Shown here in pieces: positions 25,764 through 37,700 of a DNA stretch of 64,000 nt. The DNA is from Aplysia californica. Lineage: Eukaryota. Position numbers and translations under genes: made by a program. Positions within the stretch are counted from its first letter, which is position 1; every line of letters starts with the position of its first letter. The notes under the pieces were generated by a model. That model was not told the DNA's origin. It did not search any database and worked only from the letters and a program-made list of their open reading frames with translations. The stretch lies in assembly GCF_000002075.1 (NCBI RefSeq), contig NW_004797318.1, forward strand, positions 800,056 through 864,055, in the 5' to 3' direction.

Positions 25764-28700
25764 CTGCAGAACAGAGAAATAATAGATTCATTGGTCACAA
25801 CCTCGAATGGGAAGATACCCCACAACTAAAAATCTTAGGTATCGTCAGACATCTTCATAAATGAAGCAGCTCATCAAATTACCTAATGCCATTTTTAAAT
25901 CATTGAACCAATTGCCCTAAAAATGAGTTTCCCATCCCAATCTTTAACAATCTCTTAACTCAAATAAAACTTGCTTTGACAAAAGAAGAGTTCTAGACTT
26001 CACAATTTGTTGTATACATGTATGTAAGAAATCTCACTTTTACAGCAATGGTAAATAGACAGCAGCAAAGGACACATAAAAAGAGAATTTTTAAAAACCC
26101 ATATTTCTATCAAATGCATGCACACAAATAAAATTCAATTGATAAATGATGATAATAACGATATGTATGTGTACAAATCATGACCCTTCAGAGACAACTG
26201 TACATGTACTAACTTCTAAAAAATTCAGAAAAAAAAAAACAAGGCACTATGACTACAGTCCACAGTTAAGGGTGTCACAACAGTTAACTTCACATTAATA
26301 AGTTTTGAGATTCAGTTTCACAGCGTCAGAAACAATCATTGGCCACTTTGTCAAAAGATAGGAGCACAACAGTTTTTGCACACATTAATGCCAATAGGAA
26401 AACCATCACAGCGAAAAATAAAAAGAACTTAACTCACTTGCGACTGGGCCCTTTCACCAGTCACAAGCGTTGAAGACTGGCGTTTTGGGGGGTATTTCAA
26501 TAAATCACCACAACTCTCAGAATTACCCTATTGTAATCATTTTTTGACACAGTAAAGTAACATTCAAGCTTAATCTAATACAAAAAAACTAAAGTTGTCT
26601 AAGTCTAATACTTTAATTTGTATGATTTTTTAAAAATTGGCATGAATTTGATTTTCGAAAAATTTCCAGAGACGTGACAAGTAGAATGAAATTCACTGCA
26701 ACAACAAAAATAAAAGTTCAAAGTGTTCTGGTTTGATTTGTATACATGTGCAAGTGTTTGGTGAAAATATAAAAGCTGGTCTGTGCATTGATTCAGACCC
26801 ATACACTGAATTACATGAGACAGATGTACGGCACGACGTTGTGATTTCGTTGCGCGAAAAACAACACCGGTACTAGTGCTAGATCTAGCCCTAGAACTAC
26901 GACTCAGGCCGTGTTCGGGTACATATCCAGGATCCTAACTATTAGACACATCATATTCTGAGACACTAGAACTAGTAAAACGCACAGAAGTATAGAAAAC
27001 GGCGAAATTATGTGATTCTTGTTCATGCGACTTCTTCGACCGTTACTACGACGCGACTGTCGGATTACTATGAGCTGTATAGAAAAAAACAAAGCGCGAG
27101 TTCCGGTCTGTTCAACCCCAGTAGGGGTCACTGTCCTTCACCTTCAATAACTTAAAAACTACCGGCCCCAGAGATACGAAACGAAGTCTAAGTAGCTCAG
27201 GCTTGGCCAAACAAGGGTACGAGGCGGGTCTCGCGATCCGTGCGTGATTTGTAGAGCGAAAAAAAAATTCCAAAGTTGGTCACGCAGGGCTTGTGAGACC
27301 CGTCGCGAGCGTCATGGCGGGGGTCACGCAACTGTTGTGTGACCCGTCTGAAGTGAGTTAATCTTCAAAAAAATAAAAATAAAATAACACTTCAAATCCC
27401 CAGTGAATGAGAAGAAAATGGCTTAAGATAAGAAGCACAAACTCACCTCGTCACCGGACTCTTGTTCCTCGGGTAAACTGCCTGAGTACTCTCGATATAG
27501 TGGCGTAATGTACATGCGGGATCTGAAGGAAAATAAAAGATTTCAAGAGCTTTTAAAATAGAGAATGAGGAAGAAGAAGAAGAAAATAGCTTTTAACAGA
27601 CACACATGAACACCAAGTCCAGGAGCATAATAATAGTCCAAGCTGAATAAGACAAATATTCCCAATCACAAAAGCAACAAAAAATTCCAGGAAGAGACCT
27701 CAAAACAATAGCTTCTCGCTTTGGAATGGTCTAGATCACAGCGGCAAGAGCAGACCCCTGTCTATCAGGGCTAACCCAGACTAAGAGAGATACAATATTA
27801 CAGGAAACAGACATAGATAATCTATACAATAAAAGACCTCCCCATGTGGGAATTGAACTCAGGCCTTTCGTGATAGCGCAGAGGCTAACCAAACAACACA
27901 GCCACCTTGAAGGTTCCGACCAATGGTAGTACACACAAACACTTTTAAAACCCGACAACGACAATACCACTGTGATCTGTCCTTTTTTCATGGAAGGAAA
28001 TCAGTTTTACATTCACATTCAGCATACCCACCTATGCAACAGTACAGTCCGTGCCGGCTTTAAGCACGCCAGCTTAACAGCTCTTACCGAATTTTTGCTA
28101 TATAAATTACATGCCTTTAAGCACGGTAACTTCGGCTTCAAGCACGCTTCATTTACAAGACAGTCAATATTTTCATGATGACCCATCGAAGTTCGAACAC
28201 AGTCTACACAGCAGCAGTGGAATGAGTCAAGAGAAACACAAAGAACGCAAGTGATGGACACACACACTCACACGGGCGGAGAGGAAGGCAGATGCACACA
28301 GCCGCCCGCGCGGATATAGGATCTAGCCTAGGCCTAGGGCAAAGCTACACAAGACCAAAAAAAATACAAAGAGAGTCAGGGAGAGGATAAAGGGAGGCTG
28401 GCTGAAATTTCACCTTTGACCCTGATTAATCCTGATTGTGTATCACGCGCAAGGTGGGATGAAGGCGGTGGTATGAGTGGCACAGCTGGCAGTGGTACGC
28501 ACAGGCAGTGTGTAGGCCTAGTGTGCTGTATCATGACTGGCCGTCTAAATAAGTTTTCATTTCCCATTCGACCACAAAACAAAAACAAACAAGCGAACAA
28601 AAACTACCATGGCGGGTGTCTAAATAACAGTGCACACTTTTCCAGGACCGCTATAGGCCTACTTACAAACAAAGGGAAATAGCACGAGAAATTTTCTACA

Positions 28701-31700
28701 TGAAAATCTCTGGATTATGTCTACTTCGCACTCTACTTCGGCTTTAAGCACGCTTAAGCTTTCTCCCGACGACCGTGCTTAAAGCCGGCATGGACTGTAC
28801 TTAATTTGAGAGGAAATCTTCCTGTAGTGTCGTTTTTGTTGGGGGGTTTTTTCTTATGCATTGTGACAAGTTCAATACATTAATGTTCTCTGAAACGTGG
28901 TTCTAATCAAATGACTTACCTGGGAAGGAGATATGGGTCAAAGGGGAAATAAGACTCCAGCTGTCGCTGATCACACGTCCCAAGAGCAAAAGACGAAACA
29001 GCAACAGGCAGGGTGTAGCGGTTGTTACGCTCAATGATGGTGTCACAAAACGCTAGTTGGTGCATCCTAGAATAATGTGAGAACAAGAAAACCATTACTT
29101 TCATCATCATCCTTTTTTTTATCATAAATAATTGAATGAACTCATTAAATACAACTAACTGCAATAGTCTCAAAAAAATTTTCTGAAGCTAAGTCTTCAT
29201 GAAACTATATCAGACTTAAGTAATCATTTAACAACCATGATGTATAGACAAACACAGAAAAGAAAAGCATTATTGAAGAGCACTGACCTTGTGGCTGAAG
29301 CAAATGTTTTCACGACAATGGGCAGGCACACCCTGAGAGGATTCAGTTTGCTGGTGATGATGCGCTGAAAGTTCAGTGAAACAGCCCATTTGTGACCTGG
29401 GAAAAACAAAGAAGCAGATCATAGAAGTGGTAAGAGTCGTGCAGAAAAGTCAGAAATGAAAATTACAGAGATGCTAGAAAATAAAAAAAGACTAAGTTTA
29501 GCACAAAGCATTTAAACACGAAATTCCTGTCACAAAAAAGTAATTTCAGATCCTCGTTTTTCCTTCCTCTTTAACACAGAGAGATCATCAGGTCCCATGA
29601 AGGATATAGTATCCAGGCTTTACTGTAGGTGCTTGCCACTTATGCCCAAGTTCTTCAAAACATGTCGGATTCCTGCATTCATGAACAAAGAAAACTAGGA
29701 TTTTTTAAGGCTTTATACATCTGAAACCCAAAGGAAGGACCAAGCAAGCACCAGAACTTCTGGCAAAATTACAAAAAGAATTCGTGAACACATTGTGCAT
29801 GTTGAAGACACCTTGACTGTGGAAGAACAGAAGGCTTGCCAAGGCACAATTTAAAATTAATCCTGAACCACTCTGTAATCAAAGAGTACTTTTGTAAACA
29901 CAACACAGCTGCTGCAAAGCAACGGACCTAATAAAAGGGGTAAAATACAGTCAAAATTGTCCAAGACAACCACATGTTGTCAAGGACGCAGGTCTAAGGT
30001 GGACGTCTTGGAGGTAAGTTTTTATTTTTAGTAGAACCTTTACACGCTCGCACCTGCATAAGGTCATATGAGCGCCAATTGGAGGTAAGTGGGAAGCAGT
30101 CCTTTGTACAGGTGATTCTCTTGGACAGGTGGCTGGTAGAGCAGATTTGACTGTATTCCTGAACCCATACTTAATTAAAACATTTACAACCCTACAATCA
30201 TCTAATCTACCTATAAGATCCACGGAGAAAGGAGGAAACAGGAAACAAAAAAAAGCGCATAACGGAAGAAACGTACCATCTTTGAGCTGCATGATGTCAT
30301 TGTGCATGAAACAGAAACAGTAGAAGAGGCTCTGGCACACCGAGTAGAACGGCCCGTGATGCGCCAAGTCTGCCTTGTGTTGTTGATCACTGCTCTGGTC
30401 GAGGTACGAGTGTAACCACCGTGCCATCAGCTCCATAATGCCCCGACAAGTGCTGCAAGAGATTGAGGCTAAGGGGTTAGTTGTGTTCCCTGAAAACTTT
30501 CAGAAATTGGCCGAGTTCATGTTATAAATATTAGACAGATCTAGGTGCTGGGCAGAGACAGTCATGAACCAGGGAATGGAATACCAAGATATTCTTACTT
30601 CCCAAAAGAAGAAAAATTGAAGAGGGAGGGAGGGAGAGAGAGAGAGAGAGAGAAATGAGTTTCACTTAAACTTTAACACAGCACTGCACAAATCAACCTT
30701 GACATCTGACGATACAGCCAACATTAATTGTTGGACAATAAAACACATACTGAAAACCAGGCAGTCAGGCATTCTTTACACTAAAAACAAAGGATTTTTT
30801 CTCATGAAATGCCTCTGTAATTTAACATAAACATAAATTGCAAATTAATAATACCTCTATTAAATTCATTTTCAAAATTAAGGCCACGAAACTAGTACCA
30901 TTTAAAACAATTAGAAACTTAATGAAAAATCAAAAGTTTTTTAAACAAACTGAACATTAAATTATATTTTATATGGTTACCTTATTGAAATATATGAAGC
31001 TCTTGTAACAAAACTGCCAATGTAGCATGCAGCGGTTTGCCTATAAACTGACTGGGTAGAGGGGTTGATTACTTTCTTCCAAAGGTAGTCTATGAAGCCA
31101 TCTGCAAGCGCCTATTAAGAAGGAGAAAAAAAAAAATAATAATATAATACTTACTTATATACAAAACAAAACATCCTCAGAGCTCAGACTAAAACTTTGT
31201 GATATATTAGAAAACAAACTAATGGATGTGCACATCATTTCAGAGTTCATAGTTCACACGTTCAAATGACAATCTACAGAGTACAACTGAGAAACATCTC
31301 TTCTTATTACTGGTGCAGAGCATTAGATCCAACATCAAATATATGTGCAAAAGAGGAGTTACAAAAAAAAAATTTTTTTTAAATGACAACTCATTTTGCA
31401 CTTATCAAAAATTACAAACGACTTATTTTCCTCAAGTACTACACTATAAAAACAAAGCATTGGCTACCAATGCAACCTGGGTACGACTGAAGAAAAATCA
31501 AAGAAGTTGTCTAAACAAAACATAACCGGTCCCATTGTAAAATAGAAAAGTGCTCATTTTAGACAAGGGGTCCTGTTGGACAGCATCATAGTACAGAAAA
31601 AATGCAAGTAGGGAAGCGGTTGTTCATACATGATGTGAATGTCTTGGACAGGTGGTTATTAGAGCAGGTTCGACTGTAGTTAAAGACAGGAGAGACTCTG

Positions 31701-34700
31701 CTCTAGATCAAATACCCAAGGAACTTGCTAATGTATTCATTGTATATTTTTTAAAGGGATAACTCTGGGGCACAACAGTCTTGGAACTACTTAACGTACA
31801 AATTAAATGAAAATTCTTCGACAGATACCTTAACTTTTACTTTTTAACCTGAACATCAATCCTATTTAATTATGTATTCATCTAAAGAAACAAAATATTC
31901 CAGACCAAACTCACCTCATTAAAGCTGCAAGCAAAGAAGAGGAGGAACTGCACGTGGCAGGAGGCGTGGGTGGGGAATATATACTTGTCAAAGACTGACA
32001 GAAGCTCTCTGTATAGTTTCTTGGTGACAGCCCAGTCAAGCTGACCTGTGGCGGGAGAGAGAGAAATACAAAACTTCATTGAATATGACAAACACAATAG
32101 GGCACCGCAAAGAGACTTATAGCATTCACCCAAATATTTGAAACCTTAAGTAATTGGATTTTTTTCTTTCTGAAAAACTCTAAATACTGTCTTTCACTAA
32201 AACAATTCACAGTATTCGCCTCATACTGTGCATTAGCTGCAAAAGAAAAAAAAACGGAAAGAAACTTGTCTATCTGGAGATTTTTCACTCAGAATTTGCT
32301 TCATTACTTTCAATTGTGAAATATAAATTCTTAAGAAAAAATTTTATTCAGTCAGTAAAGTACCACAAAAAACACACAGACACTGCAAAGATTTTATTTA
32401 AAACTTTTGGGAAAATAATCGTTCAACATTATATAGATTAATTGAGAGACGGAAAATAAAGTAGGTTTTCAAAGCTCTGCATTCAAAACATTATGGATAT
32501 TTCATAACTGACATAAACACAGCTCACTTTCGAAACCGACATAAACACAGCTCACTTCAAATCACACAAGTTTTTTTAAAGAAATACGGAAAGATATAAA
32601 AAGTTGTGAAGGAAAAGACAAGCAAGAAGAAACTCACCTTGAGGGTGGCAGCTTTCCTTAACAAACTGCAAAGTCAGTGACATCACAGCGTCGAGAGAGG
32701 TGGCCAAAGGTAGCGCTGCCGCTAAACGTTCTTTCACAGCCTCTGATTTCATTTCATCGTATTCTGGATCTTCTTTCTCCTTCTCACACTTTAAGTCCCC
32801 ATCCCATTCCCCCTTAACATCTGGTTTTAAGTCATCCTTCATGTCTGACTTCACATCCTCCTGAAAAGGGAAAGTGTACCACAAAATAAGAAAAAGAGAA
32901 AGAGACGGGTAGTTAATCAAAGATTGCTACCTTTGAGGTAAAGGGATGCACACTCAAGAGTTACAACATACCTATGTGCAACCTGTCTTCCAATCTTTTC
33001 TCAACCTTTTCTCCCAGTATTTTTATCATTCTATCATTGTTACAATAATTGCATGTCCGTCTCTTTTACACCAAACACAACTTTTTTAAAAATATTTGCC
33101 ACCCCAAGGAATTTTTTTTTTTTATCAGTGCCAATGGCCATTTTAACTACTCCATTCTTGGGTAATTAAAAAAATTAGGAAAGAAACTTTGGTAATTAAA
33201 AAAATTAGGAAAGAAACTTTGCTTTTCTGATTAATCTATGATAAAAAACCATTAGACCAGCTCGACACAGACAAACAGTTAAGATCATGCAAAACAGGAG
33301 ATCATCCCACACCTACTAATCTGTGATATTTTTCAGTTCTAATTTATTTCTGGGAAAAAAAGCTACACAAACAAAGGAAGAGAAACTCCTAAAATCACCA
33401 TGTCAATTGAAAGGGACCCTCATAATCAGAAGGATAATGTTATGAAATAATTAATATACAAGCCTGAAAACGAAAAAAAAAACACCAAAAAAAACAACAA
33501 CAAAAAACAAAAAATGAAAGTCTATTTAAAAAGAACCTACCATGTCAAAAAGTGCATCTTCCTCCTCTTCATCTTTCACATCATCCATACTGTCTGCCGT
33601 GATGCCAATCGCTGAATTGATGTCTGTACGGGACGACCGTACCTGAAACATTTCAAATTCAAATCATCAGAAGCTAGCCAGTGAAATGAATTCAAGGTAC
33701 ACAATGAGCCATTCCGTTGTTATTCTTTTTTTAAAGCCAAATAAAAATGATTGGGGGAAGAAAAGGTATATAAGTGCTTGTCTGTTGTGCAGAGAAGCAC
33801 ATCAAGACAAGTCATTCAGAGCTTTAAAAAGGGAACACTAACAAACAAAAAAAGTCATAAGGACAGCACAGATAAAAGAAGGACTAAAAACAATTTAAAA
33901 AGAAAGAGAGTGCAGGTTAACAAACAACAACAACAACAAAACAAAAAAAAGAGGAAAACTTTTTCTCAAGCACTCACATCCAACTTCAACATGTTCTTCA
34001 CCACCAGCTCTAGAAGTTCCATGCGCAGGGCCGGCATGTAGGTACACACTGACAGAACATTTCGGCTGTAGTGCTCAAACTGGAAGGAACCTTTGTTGAT
34101 ATAGGGGAAGAGCTCCTCCAGCACAGACATCATCACAACACTTGTCCTGGGGAAAGAGGAAAGAAAGAAATTAAGATCTCATGGGGAAAACAGGCATTAG
34201 TCACAGGTGAAGTATTGAGATCCAATGCCTTTCTTTTCACATCTTCCAATTGGTCACTGTCGTTCTTTTGTGTAAACTTTTAAATATGAATGTTACACAT
34301 AATGTTACTGTTAAATAACTGTTGCTGATAAAAATGGTGTCCATAGACAAAATGAAATAAGCCTAATCAGGGCCAAAAGAAAAAATTAAAAATTGAAATT
34401 TGTGACTAATGACATTTTCCCACTCAATGTTTTTTGTTATGTCAAACAAATCTTTAAAATACTGTCCAGTTATTTAAGATGCCACCTCTATCTGTGACAA
34501 GCTGTATGAAGCAGGACTGCAACACCAGCATTAGTATCACAGACCTGTGAAAAACTTACCGATCAACTACACTGTGACCCTGAGCCGGTCGGAAGATTTC
34601 AATGATAGATATTAAAAACAAAAAAGTAGCTGAACAAATATACAAATAAAATAATTGCAATCACGTCATCCACAATGAGAGCAAGCATTATCTTTAGTGA

Positions 34701-37700
34701 CTGTGACAAATGAAAAGATAAGGATTTTAAAAAACATAGATATGTTCTACCAAAAGAATCACCAAATAAAATGAACCAAATCGAAAGGAAAAATCATTCA
34801 ACTGTTCAATTAAAAAACAACAAAGGGCTAAACTAAAACGAAGATATTTAAAAACTCTTCTTCACCATTTCTTCAAGGAAAAAAAGTTTCATAAAGGAAC
34901 GCAAATCGCGACAACAGTCAGCAATGCTTACATTGGCACCAGATGTGACAGGGACTTCAGCAAGGCGTGTACATGGCCAAAATCATGCTGAACCTTCAGT
35001 TTCATTTCATCCACCTCAGCATTTTTCTGATCTGAAAATGATGAAAAATTGATTTTATTGTAGGGACAAGAACTAAAAAATATGTGAAAAATATTGGGTA
35101 CTTCAACTTATTAAACAAACAGACTGGGTTAGTCATCAGACTACTGCACAACACAACACATATGCTTGAAACACAGGAAAAAGCCTTACACAATGGTAAA
35201 TGCCAGAGACGCCATGATCTTTTACAAGATCAAACAGCACAAGTTTAATAATAACAATAATAATAGATAGCATTTGTATAGCGCAAATTCTATGTGCAGA
35301 CCTGATAGTATTCTGAAACAACCTCAACTTCCTGGGAAACATACAATGCAGGCTGCCATTTATGGATGCTAAAACACTAACATGCTGGTTAAATAAGAAA
35401 GGGTAAGAGTCTTTTCAGGAAAATCAACAAATATGCTAAAAAATGGCGCCAGCAATAAAAATTTGGATACAAAGTGAAATTGAAGTAAAACTTTTGCGCC
35501 TGAATTTTTTTTTCTCCTGTAACCATTTTGATTTAACAGAACAATGGGAAATTGTAACATGAAAGCAGTCACTAAATTCTAAAACCTCATTGACATTTAA
35601 AATTTAAAAATTTACTGACAAAAACGTGATGAGAACATGCATACATATAGTACTCACTTGGTATGAATTTCTTGATCAGGTTCCTAAGACAAGGTTTCAG
35701 CAAATTGATGTGTGCAGATACCAGGTTCAGAATGAAAGATTGGTAGACAGCTGTTAGCTCAGGGCCTCTGTCCAACCAGTTCAGATTCTATGGGGAATAC
35801 AAGGATAGACATACAAAAAGTTTAACAAATTTGTTTGTTTTGGTAAAGAGTTAAAGAGTGTTACAGCACTTGCAACACAATTAGGTCATATAAGTGATGA
35901 AGATCAGGTGTTACAAGAGAGTAACAAACATAAAAAAGGAGAGATAAGGACAAAATAGATGTTTGATAGTAAAGAAGGAGCAAATCACATCAGAGCACAC
36001 GCCAATCACCCGCATTTTAAAAGAGGTGTCACTTACATAATTAATAGTCGTAAAACACACAGGCAGAACATGTTGTTGAGTGTGGATAGACACCATATTT
36101 CAGTTAAATACAATTATTATCATCATTACTTCTACTCCAAAGAACTACTTATGTCACATCATACCTTTCTTGTGATAGAGAGATAAACACTGACAAAAAT
36201 CAAGAGAACAATGATCAAATTATTTAAAATATACGTTATAATTCACATAAACTCTAAAAATGAATTAACCTGAATTTCTTAGTCTTCCTGTCACTGTAAC
36301 CTTTTTACAGTCATTAACAACTCAATCTACCTCTTCCACACACACACAAAAAAAAAAAGATTTTAAAATATATTTTTCTAAATTAATTTTTTTTTGTAAG
36401 CAAACCATTGTATAGCATTTACAAGAGGTCATAGATTCGTACCATAAGAATTCGAACCAATGTGGGGTGACCCTGGCCCAAGTAACTGACACACTGCTCC
36501 AGGTCCTGCAAGCACTGTTTCACTGTAGATATCTGTCGAACAAAAAATATAAGAGAAGATATATATGAGAAACAGGAACTTTTAGCTTTTGCCTTTCAGT
36601 GATAGAATAATTTTGAGTAAACACACAATCAAGAATTACCTCCCCCCCCCCCCCCCCTTCCACCAGTCCCTTTTTTCCCCCTTCCACCAGTCCAATTTTG
36701 CAAAAACCTGATCCCTAAACTTTAAAAATAATAAATACAAAGTCACACTTCCTACTTTTAACTCTAAAACAAAACAACACTTTTAACATGCTTTGGCAAA
36801 GTTTCAGATACCAATCTGACAACAAAATACAAATGACTTCAAAACACAAACAAAGAAATTCCTAAAGGCTTCACTTCATGATCTCCTTGTAAAGGATTAA
36901 GTACAACTGGTGCTGATGACTCAAGAATTAGTGCCATCAGCATGACATGGAGCAAAATAAACTCAACATGCTGAGAGAGAAGTAAATAGTCTGGCTATGA
37001 ATATTACAGAGGCTGAAAGAAAGATCAAAGTGTCTGTAACTGAACACTGTAGATTTTTGACAATGTATCCCAAAAAAGAAGGCTCAGATCTCCAGTTAAT
37101 AAAAAGAACCAGTTTTCAGACACATACTCAACATTTACATAAGAAAAAAGGAAAACATTGTTGTGTTGTTGTGAGTAAGCAGTATAGCATATGTCGGAAA
37201 AGAAGATAATAATAATAAAGGCAGGTAACACAACGATGTTTCACTTAATTAAAAGATGACCCTCAGAAGCAATTGAAAAAAACTCAAAATTGCACCAATA
37301 CCATGCGACTTCTTTTAAGCATCAAAAACTGTTAAAATTTCAATCTATAGGATTATAAACAGAAATAACCACAAACATATTCAAACAGTGGTATAGGTTA
37401 CCTCCGACTCGGGATCAGCCAGCAGTCTCAGCAAACAGTCATACGAGTTTCCAGATATCTGTAGGATAGTATAAAAGAAAGGAGAAAATGATGCTTTTTT
37501 ATTTTGGTTGCAGATAACACTAATGAGGAAAAAGCAAGACGACAGATAGATACAACGGACATTCCTAAGAAAAGAAATAAAAGACTCCTTACAAAGTTAC
37601 CACAAGAAAAAGGAATATAAAAGAACTGCTTTTACTATAATTTCTCAGTCACATCATCTGAAATAATTACACAAGAAGGCACAAAACAAAACATCTACAA

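Noticed and set aside
27830-27910. tRNA-like A/B boxes
   Set aside because: No cloverleaf; they continue into a SINE-like body.
20155-36686. Short two-copy tandem duplications (near 20155, 32509, 33161, 36655)
   Set aside because: Typical slippage duplications in non-coding DNA with no further structure.
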